Shown here: piece after piece, positions 27,361 to 36,600 of the stretch
Layout: each line of letters starts with the position of its first letter
Numbering within the stretch: position 1 is the stretch's first letter
NCBI GenBank assembly: GCA_944384515.1
Contig: CALWTU010000020.1
Location: 1 to 53,527, forward strand
Direction of reading: 5' to 3'
DNA: 53,527 bases
DNA from: an uncultured Clostridia bacterium
GTDB lineage: Bacteria > Bacillota > Clostridia > Oscillospirales > CAG-272
The notes under the pieces: model-generated
What the model saw: the letters and a program-made list of their open reading frames with translations, nothing else
Told to the model about the DNA's origin: nothing
Databases searched by the model: none
Translations under genes and position numbers: made by a program

Positions 27361-27675
27361 TTATATCAATATCTGCAATAATTCAACTGCCAGAACTCCG
27401 ACCGACGCCCCGAGAGCGACGGTAATGAGACTAAGGCGAAAGTATGCAAGCACCACCGCCACGCAAACTCCGACTGCGGCGGAAAGAACGGACGAGGTAG
27501 CATAAAACACGGCGGGAAATGTCATTGAAGCAAGCACGGTATAGGGAATATAATATAAGAAAGAGCGGATAAACCTGCTCTTTATCTTTTTGTGAAAAAA
27601 GACAAGTGGGAGCATACGGATAAGATATGTTGCACCCGCCATAACAATAAGGTAGATAAAGAATTTAAAATCCAT
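27361..27675 (-). CDS. azlD: AzlD-family branched-chain amino acid transport protein
   Basis: About 104 aa, very hydrophobic (MDFKFFIYLIVMAGATYLIRMLPLVFF). ATG at 27675 follows GGAGGGG. The tracked 24-codon extension has no RBS. Confidence 0.8.
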   Translation of the reverse strand: MDFKFFIYLIVMAGATYLIRMLPLVFFHKKIKSRFIRSFLYYIPYTVLASMTFPAVFYATSSVLSAAVGVCVAVVLAYFRLSLITVALGASVGVLAVELLQILI

Positions 27676-27773
27676 ACTTTTCCCCTCCGAAAAGACCGGG
27701 TGCAAAGCGCAAACCATGTGCCGAGGCACTCTCCGTGTTCCATACAAAAGCCAAGTTTACTCCGAAAGATATT

Positions 27774-28496
27774 TTATACATCAGACTCTTCCTCCTCATT
27801 GTCTATCGGTCGGATAAGCGCAAAAACAAGAGAGGTCAGAACAGATGAGATTATAATGGCAAAACCGCCCTGAATTTTACTTAACTGCGGAAGATAGAAG
27901 AACAGACAGGAGAGCGCCGTAGCCACAATCACCGCAAGCATGGTGCTCTTCTCCCGTCTTACCTCGGGCATAAGTATTGCAATGAACATTCCGTATATCG
28001 CAATGCCGAGCGAAGAGACAAGCACATCGGGGAGAATATTTCCCGCAACGGCACCGAAGAGAGTGCCCACCGTCCAACCGACAAACGGCGCAATAATAAG
28101 TCCGTACATATATTTGCGGCTGACTGACGCAGGCTTTGAGACTGCAACGGCAAACACCTCGTCGGTATTCATAAAACCGAAAATCAGCCTGTCACGCAGT
28201 CTGACGCTGTCCCCGAATTTCTGCGACAGGGATACGGACATGAGAGAGTAGCGGCTGTTTATCACAACCTCTGTCAAAAACAGCTCAAAAACCGAGCCGC
28301 CCGAAGATATTATCGGCACCGCCGCAAGCTGACCGGCAGAGGTGACATTGAACATCGAGATAAACACCGACTCAAGTATCCCCAGCCCGGAATTTGTGGC
28401 AAAAATGCCGAACGCAAACGCCACCGACAGGTAACCGAGCCCTATCGGAATGCCGTTATATAAACCCATTTTGAAACTAAAATTATCGCCGGACAT
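27774..28496 (-). CDS. azlC: AzlC-family branched-chain amino acid permease
   Basis: 240-aa polytopic membrane protein upstream of azlD, with typical AzlC size and hydrophobicity pattern. Confidence 0.85.
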   Translation of the reverse strand: MSGDNFSFKMGLYNGIPIGLGYLSVAFAFGIFATNSGLGILESVFISMFNVTSAGQLAAVPIISSGGSVFELFLTEVVINSRYSLMSVSLSQKFGDSVRLRDRLIFGFMNTDEVFAVAVSKPASVSRKYMYGLIIAPFVGWTVGTLFGAVAGNILPDVLVSSLGIAIYGMFIAILMPEVRREKSTMLAVIVATALSCLFFYLPQLSKIQGGFAIIISSVLTSLVFALIRPIDNEEEESDV

Positions 28497-28595
28497 AGTC
28501 GCTCCGAAAACAAAAAACAGTTTAAATCACAGTGAGCAAAGCAAGAGGAGCGCTTTGCTCACTTAACATACAGTCAGAAAAACTCACCTGAAAAA

Positions 28596-30317
28596 TCACT
28601 TTGCGGTATAGAGTTTATTATAGTAGCCGCCCAGCTCCATAAGCTCGCTATGCGTTCCACGCTCGACAATTCCCTCGCCCTGTATCACCACGATTTCATC
28701 CGCATTTTTAACGGTAGAGAGCCTGTGGGCAACAACAATTACCGTACGACCCTTTGAAAGCTCTGCAAGCGACTGCTGTATCTGCAGCTCGGTGATATTG
28801 TCAAGCGCGCTCGTCGCCTCGTCAAGAATAAGCAGAGGCGGATTTTTGAGAAATACCCTTGCAATGGCAACTCTCTGCTTCTGACCGCCCGAGAGTTTTA
28901 CACCTCGCTCGCCGACCTGTGTGTTATATCCATCGGGGAGTGTGAGAATATAGTCATGGATGTTTGCAAGCTTTGCCGCCTTGACTATCATCTCTTCTGT
29001 TGCCTCAAAATTTCCGTATGCGATATTCTCCCTGATACTGCCGTCAAAGAGGAATATGTTCTGTGAGACAATACCTATATTTTTGCGCAGGTTCTGAAGG
29101 GAGATGTCCCTGATGTCCACCCCGTCAACCGTGATCCTGCCGCTGATTATATCATAAAAACGGGGAATAAGGTTGCACATAGTGCTCTTTCCGCCGCCTG
29201 ACGGTCCCACAAGGGCAAGCGTCTTGCCCGCCTTTATGTCAAGAGAGAGGTTTGAGATAACTATCTTGTCCTTATCCTCGTCGCCGACATGCTCGGAGTA
29301 GCCGAATGTTACATTCTCAAAGCGAACGGCGTCCTTTATCTGTGAAAACTCGCCTTTGCCGTTGTCCACCTCTCCGTCTTCAGTCATAATCTCATGAAAT
29401 CTCACAAAGCCTGACATACCCTCCTGAAGCTGCTCAAACAGTGTGACAAATCTCGATATGGGATTTAAGAAGAGTCCTATATAAAGTATAAACGCTGCAA
29501 ACTCGCCCGAATCAATCTTGCCGTAAAAGAGGAAAAGTCCGCCGACAAAGATGATTACAAGATAGAGCAGATCAGAGAGCAGCTGCATAATTGAGTCGAA
29601 AAGACCAAGCGAAAACATCGCTTTTGTGCGGTATTTTGCAAATCTCAAATTCGACTTTGAAAACTTGCAGGTCTCATAGTGCTCCGCAACATACGCCTTT
29701 GACTCTCTGATACCCGCAATCGAGTTTTCAAGAGATGTATTTATCGCCGACATCTCAAGCCTTGACTTGCGCATTGCGTCTATCATGCGCTTTCTTGAGA
29801 GGACCGTAAATATGATAATGAAAGGAATTATCATAAACATTATCAGCGTCAGCGTGACATTTATCTGTATGAGCACGACAAATGAGCCTACCAGCATCAG
29901 CACCGCCAAAAACAGATTTTCCGGTCCGTGGTGGGCAAGCTCCGACACCTCAAAAAGGTCATTGCCGAGCCTTGTAATCAGGTCTCCCGTCTTATGCTCG
30001 TCGTAGAACTTAAACGGCAGTGACTCGTACTTTTTGAAAAGGTCAAGCCTCATATCCCTTTGCATTCTCACGCCGACAACATGTCCGTAATAGCCGATAA
30101 TGTAGTTAAAGCATGCCTTGACTACATATATTCCCAAGATAACCGATGACCAGATAATAAGCCTTCTCGGCGTATCGTCGTATATGTAAACATTCATTAT
30201 ATCCTTTACTATGACAGGATAAAACAAGCTTGAAAGCGCAACTATCAGCGCCGAAAACATATCAAGCGAAAAAAGCCTAATATGCGGTTTGTAATAACTA
30301 ATAAATCTTTTAAACAT
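28596..30317 (-). CDS. ABC exporter, fused permease/ATP-binding protein (MsbA/MDR type)
   Basis: N-terminal six-helix TMD. Walker A GPSGGGKST, signature LSGGQKQRVAIAR, Walker B LLILDEATSALD. Confidence 0.9.
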   Translation of the reverse strand: MFKRFISYYKPHIRLFSLDMFSALIVALSSLFYPVIVKDIMNVYIYDDTPRRLIIWSSVILGIYVVKACFNYIIGYYGHVVGVRMQRDMRLDLFKKYESLPFKFYDEHKTGDLITRLGNDLFEVSELAHHGPENLFLAVLMLVGSFVVLIQINVTLTLIMFMIIPFIIIFTVLSRKRMIDAMRKSRLEMSAINTSLENSIAGIRESKAYVAEHYETCKFSKSNLRFAKYRTKAMFSLGLFDSIMQLLSDLLYLVIIFVGGLFLFYGKIDSGEFAAFILYIGLFLNPISRFVTLFEQLQEGMSGFVRFHEIMTEDGEVDNGKGEFSQIKDAVRFENVTFGYSEHVGDEDKDKIVISNLSLDIKAGKTLALVGPSGGGKSTMCNLIPRFYDIISGRITVDGVDIRDISLQNLRKNIGIVSQNIFLFDGSIRENIAYGNFEATEEMIVKAAKLANIHDYILTLPDGYNTQVGERGVKLSGGQKQRVAIARVFLKNPPLLILDEATSALDNITELQIQQSLAELSKGRTVIVVAHRLSTVKNADEIVVIQGEGIVERGTHSELMELGGYYNKLYTAK

Positions 30318-30426
30318 AATGAATTCCGTTTTTCTTTTTGTTTTTTACTTCACAAACTGCGCCGTAATAAAAAGCACAAAACGGCACAGTTAAGTTAATT
30401 TCCGAAAAGTCAAATAAATCACGGCC

Positions 30427-31035
30427 TCACATATCTGTGTCAAAGCCGTATTTAAAGAGCAGTTTATATTTTTCTTCATCGCTTTCAAAGGGAGAGTGTT
30501 TTGCGACAAGCTCGTCCATTGCCCTCTGAAAATCAATCTCCCCGCTCCCCGAAAGCTCGTCCGTAACACTTGAGACAAGACTTGCAGAATACCCCTTTGC
30601 AACAAGCTTTTCGGTAATCTTTCTCCTGCCGAGGTTTGAACGGTTAACAAGGTCCGAAACAAGCCTGCCCACCTGACGGCGCTCGTCAATATACCCCAGA
30701 CGCAGAACTTCGGATACGGCAAATTCTGCCGTATCCGTATCAAAACCGTGTCTTTTAAGTTTGAATTTGAGCATTCTTACGCTGTTATCCGAATAGGAGA
30801 GAATGCCGAGCGCAACTTTCAGCGCCCTGTATCTGCTGTCCGAATCCTGCAGTATCCGAAACATCTCGCCGTCTGCTTCGTCCCCGACAAGAGGTGAGCC
30901 GGCAAGCCTGTAATCCCCGCTCTTTACATTGAAATCATAAGTCGTCTCCCCGCTGTCGACTCCGACACGCAGATAACCTTTTGATTTAGAGGGTTTTATG
31001 TATTTTACTTTCAATTCCGCCTCCGAAATTATCAT
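30427..31035 (-). CDS. recX: RecX family regulatory protein
   Basis: It lies immediately downstream of recA. It has repeated three-helix modules (RALKVALGILSYSDNSVRMLKFKLKRHGF..., AVSEVLRLGYIDERR...). The first ATG is at 31035. The tracked start at 31041 is a TTG. Confidence 0.75.
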   Translation of the reverse strand: MIISEAELKVKYIKPSKSKGYLRVGVDSGETTYDFNVKSGDYRLAGSPLVGDEADGEMFRILQDSDSRYRALKVALGILSYSDNSVRMLKFKLKRHGFDTDTAEFAVSEVLRLGYIDERRQVGRLVSDLVNRSNLGRRKITEKLVAKGYSASLVSSVTDELSGSGEIDFQRAMDELVAKHSPFESDEEKYKLLFKYGFDTDM

Positions 31036-31136
31036 AATCAAAACCTTTGGGAATCCTCCGAAGGGCGATTTTCAAAACATTCTGTTCTTATTTCAGACAT
31101 GATACGATACGGATTTTGAAAGTCCGCCTCGGTCTT

Positions 31137-32234
31137 TTAAATATCCGCGTCGTCAAAATCCTTGATGTCAAACTCGTCCTCGGAGGAAAGTGCCTCACTG
31201 TCAAAATCGGTATCCTTGACCTTGTTTCTGATCTCCTCCTCAAGTCTTGCCATGAGGGCAGAGTCGCTCTCGATAAACTTTCTGACATTGTCCTTGCCCT
31301 GTCCGAGTCTCTCACCGTCAAGATAGAACCACGCACCGCTCTTCTCTATTATTCCGAGCTGAACCGCCATCTCTATTATCTCGCTTGACTTTGATATACC
31401 TGAACCGTAGAGAATATCAAACTCCGCTGTCTTAAAAGGCGGTGCAACCTTGTTTTTGACAACCTTGCACTTTGTGTGAGAGCCGTACACCTCACTGCCG
31501 TTTTTGAGTACCTCGGCACGGCGTACATCTATTCTGACAGACGCATAGAATTTCAGCGCGCGTCCGCCTGTCGTAACCTCGGGGTTGCCGTACATTACGC
31601 CCACCTTCTCACGAAGCTGGTTTGTAAAGATAACTATACAGTTGCTCTTGGCAATGGAGCCTGAAAGCTTTCTCATCGCCTGGGACATAAGTCTTGCCTG
31701 CACTCCGACATGAGATGCGCCCATATCCCCCTCTATCTCCTGGCGCGGAACAAGCGCCGCCACCGAGTCGATAACTATAATATCTATAGCACCTGAGTTT
31801 ACAAGCGTCTCCGCAATCTCAAGCGCCTGCTCACCGCAGTCGGGCTGTGAGACAAGCAGATTGTTTATATCAACGCCGAGTTTCTTTGCGTAAACCGGGT
31901 CAAGAGCATGCTCGGCATCGATAAACGCCGCCTCGCCGCCCTGTCTTTGCACCTCGGCAATAACATGCAGGGCTATTGTGGTTTTACCTGACGACTCAGG
32001 ACCGTATATCTCGGTAATTCTGCCTCTGGGAACGCCCCCTATACCAAGCGCAAAGTCAAGTGAAAGAGAGCCTGTGCTGACTGCGGAAACATTCATCCCC
32101 GCATTTTCTCCAAGGCGCATTATGGAGCCCTTGCCGCACTCCTTTTCTATTCTCGATATAACAGACTCAAGCGCCGCCTTCTTGTCGCTCGCTTCATTTT
32201 GCACAGCGGTCGCCTGTGATGATTTTCTTGCCAT
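31137..32234 (-). CDS. recA: recombinase RecA
   Basis: Walker [10 protein letters not shown] and the conserved RecA core ([10 protein letters not shown]..., VIDSVAAL). ATG follows AAAGGAG. Confidence 0.98.
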   Translation of the reverse strand: MARKSSQATAVQNEASDKKAALESVISRIEKECGKGSIMRLGENAGMNVSAVSTGSLSLDFALGIGGVPRGRITEIYGPESSGKTTIALHVIAEVQRQGGEAAFIDAEHALDPVYAKKLGVDINNLLVSQPDCGEQALEIAETLVNSGAIDIIVIDSVAALVPRQEIEGDMGASHVGVQARLMSQAMRKLSGSIAKSNCIVIFTNQLREKVGVMYGNPEVTTGGRALKFYASVRIDVRRAEVLKNGSEVYGSHTKCKVVKNKVAPPFKTAEFDILYGSGISKSSEIIEMAVQLGIIEKSGAWFYLDGERLGQGKDNVRKFIESDSALMARLEEEIRNKVKDTDFDSEALSSEDEFDIKDFDDADI

Positions 32235-32305
32235 TTTGTTTCTCCTTTCGGTTTTAGCCTTTACAATTACATTTTAGCAGAGGATGTGTACGATAAATCG
32301 GACTC

Positions 32306-33580
32306 TCAGAAAAGTCTCGTCGCACCGACCATACGGATATGAAGAGGCATTGTCGCACCGTCTCTGAACACATAGTCCATAAGTCTTACATAATCCGCAA
32401 CATCCTCATTTTTAATAAATGCCTGTATCGTTCCGGCAAAACCGCCGCCGTGAACACGGTATGCCGCACTCTTGCCCTTTGTAAAATCGTCGGTAAGCGC
32501 AAGCGCAAGCGACAGTCCCTGCTCTTTTACATTTATTGTGGTATATACATTCTGCAAGTACTCGAATGAGGATCTGCCCGACTCAAGCACATTGCGGAAA
32601 AATCCGTCGATATCACCGCTCTTTATCAGCTCACGGGTCTCGTTTACCCTCTCGTTCTCCGCAAGGAAATGGAAGGTACGGAGCACCGCACGGTCTCCCG
32701 CAATGCGGCGGATATTGTTTATATTCTTGAGAATATCCTCTCTTGTAAGCCCTCTGAGCACATCCCTTCCGAGCAGCTTGGCAACCGCCTTCATCTCGCC
32801 GGGAACAGATTCATAATCGTCGTTAATATTAGCGTCGTTGCCACCCGTGTTAACAATACAGAGAGAATATCCCTTTTCCGAAAGCGAAAAATCAATCGGC
32901 TCGACATACGGTTTTTGCGCATTCTCAAAGTCGATATACACAAATCCTCCGACAGCGCACGCCATCTGATCCATAAGTCCGCACGGCTTGCCGAAATAAA
33001 CATTCTCTGCGTACTGAGCTATAATGGCAAGCTCCTTGTTGTCGATACTGCCGCCGTTAAAGAGGTGGTTCATGATATTGCCTATCATAACCTCATATGC
33101 GGCAGAGGATGAAATACCGCTGCCCTTCAGAACCCGGCTTGTCGTATAAGCGTCAAATCCGCCGACAAGATAGGATGAATTTTTAAAGCCCTTTACGGTA
33201 CCCGCAATAAGCGCACCTGATGTGTAGTTTTTAAAGTTCTGCGGATCATCTGTCTCTGAAATATTGACTACATCCTCAGGATAACCCTCCGAGAGAAATC
33301 TGATAACGCCGTCATCTCTCTTTGCCACGACAGCTATAATATCCCTGTCAATCGCACCTGCAAGAACACAGCCCCTGTTATGGTCTGTATGGTTACCCAT
33401 AATCTCGCTTCTGCCCGGAACGCTGAACACATAAAGGTCTCTGTCATCCCCGTAATTTTTCACAAACTCGTCAATAGCCTTACTAAAACGGACCTTTTGC
33501 TCGTCGATATTAGAATAAAGGCTTGAAAACTTGTCAAGTCCTGTACCGTTAATAAGTTCTTTAAGTTCTGATGCTTTCAT
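32306..33580 (-). CDS. galK: galactokinase (GHMP kinase family)
   Basis: GRSEIMGNHTDHNRG (galactokinase signature variant) and the GHMP motif GSGISSSAA. I place the start at ATG 33580 (MKASEL...), because the codons of the upstream ATG (ATGAGGAAAAAT) supply its GAGGA RBS. Confidence 0.85.
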   Translation of the reverse strand: MKASELKELINGTGLDKFSSLYSNIDEQKVRFSKAIDEFVKNYGDDRDLYVFSVPGRSEIMGNHTDHNRGCVLAGAIDRDIIAVVAKRDDGVIRFLSEGYPEDVVNISETDDPQNFKNYTSGALIAGTVKGFKNSSYLVGGFDAYTTSRVLKGSGISSSAAYEVMIGNIMNHLFNGGSIDNKELAIIAQYAENVYFGKPCGLMDQMACAVGGFVYIDFENAQKPYVEPIDFSLSEKGYSLCIVNTGGNDANINDDYESVPGEMKAVAKLLGRDVLRGLTREDILKNINNIRRIAGDRAVLRTFHFLAENERVNETRELIKSGDIDGFFRNVLESGRSSFEYLQNVYTTINVKEQGLSLALALTDDFTKGKSAAYRVHGGGFAGTIQAFIKNEDVADYVRLMDYVFRDGATMPLHIRMVGATRLF

Positions 33581-33627
33581 ATTTTTCCTCATATATATAA
33601 TTTTTTATTTTCAAAATTCAAACCGAA

Positions 33628-34605
33628 TTATGTGTCACGCCTGAGTTTACCGTATATGTCCCGTGCCCAGCTCACAGCGAGTGAACTCAGAGTGTCAAAG
33701 CTCTTCATCACACCGTCCTCACCGTCCGCATAAATGCGCACGGCATCCACCTGATGGCGAAACCATGTAAGCTGCCGCTTTGCGTAACGGCGTGAAGCAA
33801 GCTTGATGTTTTCCGCCGCCTCCGAGAGAGTACAGCCGCCCTCAAAGTACTCAAAAAGCTCCTTGTACCCTATTGCCTGATACGCCGTGCTGTCCTTATC
33901 AAGATAGCCGTTTTCGTAAAGGAAGCGTGCCTCCCCGACAAGTCCCGACATCATCATCTTGTCAACACGCATATCAACACGCCTGTAAAGATTTTCTCTA
34001 CTATGAAAATCTATCGTTATGACTCCGAGCTTTATGTCAGGCGCCTCGGTTTTTGAGAGCGCGTCAAAATAACTCTTGGGCTTGCCCGTTTTATCATAAA
34101 TCTCAAGCGCACGGACAACACGGCGGATATTGTTTTTGTGTATTGACAAGGCACTTATCGGATCGACTGAATTAAGTCTCTCCCAGAGCATGTCAATATC
34201 CTCTTGTGTTTTGATTTTCTCAAGCGCAAGCTTTTGATATTCGCTGTCTGCCTTGGGTACCGTGTCGGTTTGCGGCTGTCTTATCAGAGTGCTGATATAC
34301 AGTCCCGTGCCGCCGACAAACAGTACATTTTTGCCCCGTGCGTCAATCTCTTTTGCGACACGGATCGCATCTGTGCGGTAATCGTTAGCACTGTATTTTA
34401 TATCCGGCGTTATAATATCCAAGAGATGATGAGGCACAAGCCGCCTCTCTTCCTCGGTTGCCTTTGCAGTGCCGATATCCATATATTTATATATTTGCAT
34501 TGAATCGGATGATATAATCTCGCACCCGAGTTTTTGTGCAATTTCAATTGACAAGGCCGTTTTGCCCGATGCCGTAGGCCCTGTTATGGCAAGAGCATAA
34601 ATCAT
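33628..34605 (-). CDS. miaA: tRNA dimethylallyltransferase
   Basis: P-loop GPTASGKT and SDSMQIYKYMDIGTAK. ATG at 34605 forms an ATGA overlap with the upstream hydrolase stop. Confidence 0.92.
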   Translation of the reverse strand: MIYALAITGPTASGKTALSIEIAQKLGCEIISSDSMQIYKYMDIGTAKATEEERRLVPHHLLDIITPDIKYSANDYRTDAIRVAKEIDARGKNVLFVGGTGLYISTLIRQPQTDTVPKADSEYQKLALEKIKTQEDIDMLWERLNSVDPISALSIHKNNIRRVVRALEIYDKTGKPKSYFDALSKTEAPDIKLGVITIDFHSRENLYRRVDMRVDKMMMSGLVGEARFLYENGYLDKDSTAYQAIGYKELFEYFEGGCTLSEAAENIKLASRRYAKRQLTWFRHQVDAVRIYADGEDGVMKSFDTLSSLAVSWARDIYGKLRRDT

Positions 34606-35534
34606 TTCACACTCCCAAGCCATGAGAGAATATAAGAAAAGACCTCTTGCCTGTTTGTCTCGTTAAAGAGCTCATGCCTTGCATTTTCGTACAGCTTGAG
34701 TTTTACATAAGTACATCCTTCAAGCTTCAACTGTTTATACACATAGTTTGGCCCCTTGCCGTAATCGCCGACAGGATCCATATCTCCGCTTATGATAAGC
34801 GTCGGCATATCTTTGGGGTACTCGCGAAACCACTTTTTCGAGTTTGACCATGAGACCATTTTCAATAAATCAGAGTACCCCGAAACGGTGAATTTAAATG
34901 ATGTGAAGGGATCGGCATTTCTGTCTGCGACAAGCTCTGTCTCACGGGTGAGCCATGCTCCCTCTCCCTCCTCTTTCGGAAATCTTCTGTTGTATTTGCC
35001 GAAAGTCAGCTTTTCTATCAAAGGGCTTATATGCCGCTCGCCGTTTATTCCTTTTATCAGTGAGGTAAGCATCTTTCCAAACGGCAAAAGCGGATTGGGA
35101 CCGCCCGTGCCGTGAATAATCACGCCCTTTACCGTATGCGGATACTTCAGAACATAAAGTCTTGCGACAAAAGAGCCCATACTGTGCCCCATCAGCACAA
35201 GCGGCAGATTCGGAAATTCGTTTCTCAGATATTTGTTCATCTGATGCATATCCCGCAAGAGCAGCTGCACTCCGTCGCCGCCCTCTGAAAAAATACCGAA
35301 ATCCTCCCCGGCGCTTTTGCCGTGTCCGAGGTGATGATGTCCTGCAAAGACATATCCGTTCTGTGTGAGAAAATCCGCAAGCTCCTTATACCGTCCGACA
35401 TAATCTATCATTCCGTGAGAGAGCTGAACAACTCCCACAGGCGTCATTTTCGGAATGTAAATTTCGGCATAAATTGTATGCACACCGTCCTTTGACGGGA
35501 AGGATGTCTCTTTAAAAATATAATTTTCAGACAT
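34602..35534 (-). CDS. alpha/beta hydrolase (lysophospholipase/monoacylglycerol lipase-like)
   Basis: Nucleophile elbow GHSMGS and the HG oxyanion region. Start is ATG 35534, after AAAGGAG. Confidence 0.8.
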   Translation of the reverse strand: MSENYIFKETSFPSKDGVHTIYAEIYIPKMTPVGVVQLSHGMIDYVGRYKELADFLTQNGYVFAGHHHLGHGKSAGEDFGIFSEGGDGVQLLLRDMHQMNKYLRNEFPNLPLVLMGHSMGSFVARLYVLKYPHTVKGVIIHGTGGPNPLLPFGKMLTSLIKGINGERHISPLIEKLTFGKYNRRFPKEEGEGAWLTRETELVADRNADPFTSFKFTVSGYSDLLKMVSWSNSKKWFREYPKDMPTLIISGDMDPVGDYGKGPNYVYKQLKLEGCTYVKLKLYENARHELFNETNRQEVFSYILSWLGSVK

Positions 35535-35621
35535 AAAACTCCTTTCCGGCATTGCGCACCGATAAAATGAAAAATAATAAACCGACTCCAGAGCGTCATC
35601 CCAAAGCCGCCGAGGCAGGTT

Positions 35622-36560
35622 TTAAAACTGCCTTTCTTTTATGAACTCCATAACCTCTCTTGAGGACGGCACGGAACTGCCCGCACCCTCTCTTGAGACG
35701 GTGATTGCGCCTGCTGCACAGCCGTATTTTACAGCCGTGTTGATATTTCCCGATTCAAGATACATAATAGTGAGCGCCGCAGTAAACGCATCTCCCGCGG
35801 CGGTGGTATCAACCACCTTATCCGGTCTGTATGACGGTATCATAAAATACTTTTTGCCGTCGTATATGAATGCACCTCTCGCACCCTGTTTAATTACAAG
35901 ATATTTGCATTTCACTTTCTTATAAAGAGCGAGGGCGGCACGCAGAGATGCGTCGGAGCCGTGCGGCATTATTCCCGTATACTCAAAGGTCTCTGTCTCG
36001 TTAGGCGAGAATACCTCAAGCGGCGGCAGCAACTCGAGCGGATGGTCTTTATCCGCCGGTGCGGCGTCAAGAAATATCGGTATATTTCTGTTATGCGCAA
36101 TCTTTGCCGCTGTAAGCGCCGTCTCAAAAGAGGTCTCAAAGCCGATATAAAGTGCGTCCGGCTCCTCCTCAAACGCCTCCAGAATATCATCCCTTGTAAT
36201 TGTGAGGTTTGCGCCGGGATATGTGATAATCCTGTTCTGTCCGCCTGCCTCCTTAATCACCACGGCAAGTCCTGTCGGGGCTTCATAATCAACTTTAATA
36301 TGCGATGTGTTTATACCCGTTTCCTTATAGTAGTTATAAAGAGTCTGACCGTGGACATCCTTGCCGAGCTTTGCGCAGAAAATACAGCTTCCGCCGAGTT
36401 TTTGCAGTGCAATCGCCGCGTTGGCGCCCTTTCCTCCCGGCACGTAAGCTACTCCGCCGTCGTCTATAACTGTCTGTCCCGCTTCGGGCACTTTAAATAC
36501 ATTCATGGAAAGATCCATATTGGCGCTTCCTACAAGAAGCACTCTCTTTCTCTGTGACAT
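35622..36560 (-). CDS. rbsK: ribokinase (PfkB family)
   Basis: GGKGANAAIA and DTTAAGDAF signatures. Start is ATG 36560 (MSQRKRVLLVGSANMDL). Confidence 0.85.
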   Translation of the reverse strand: MSQRKRVLLVGSANMDLSMNVFKVPEAGQTVIDDGGVAYVPGGKGANAAIALQKLGGSCIFCAKLGKDVHGQTLYNYYKETGINTSHIKVDYEAPTGLAVVIKEAGGQNRIITYPGANLTITRDDILEAFEEEPDALYIGFETSFETALTAAKIAHNRNIPIFLDAAPADKDHPLELLPPLEVFSPNETETFEYTGIMPHGSDASLRAALALYKKVKCKYLVIKQGARGAFIYDGKKYFMIPSYRPDKVVDTTAAGDAFTAALTIMYLESGNINTAVKYGCAAGAITVSREGAGSSVPSSREVMEFIKERQF

Positions 36561-36600
36561 ATAAATCCCTCTCTTTCCCAAAACTGAAGTTTAGTTACGA

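Noticed and set aside
30390-30743. 117-aa minus-strand ORF overlapping recX
   Set aside because: It is out of frame with, and nested in, the recX ORF, which fits the conserved recA-recX arrangement. It has no independent RBS.
32235-32305. Search for a LexA (Cheo-type GAAC-N4-GTTC) box upstream of recA
   Set aside because: I see only a TGcTAAAAT-type -10 element. No GAAC...GTTC palindrome is present, so I make no SOS-box claim.
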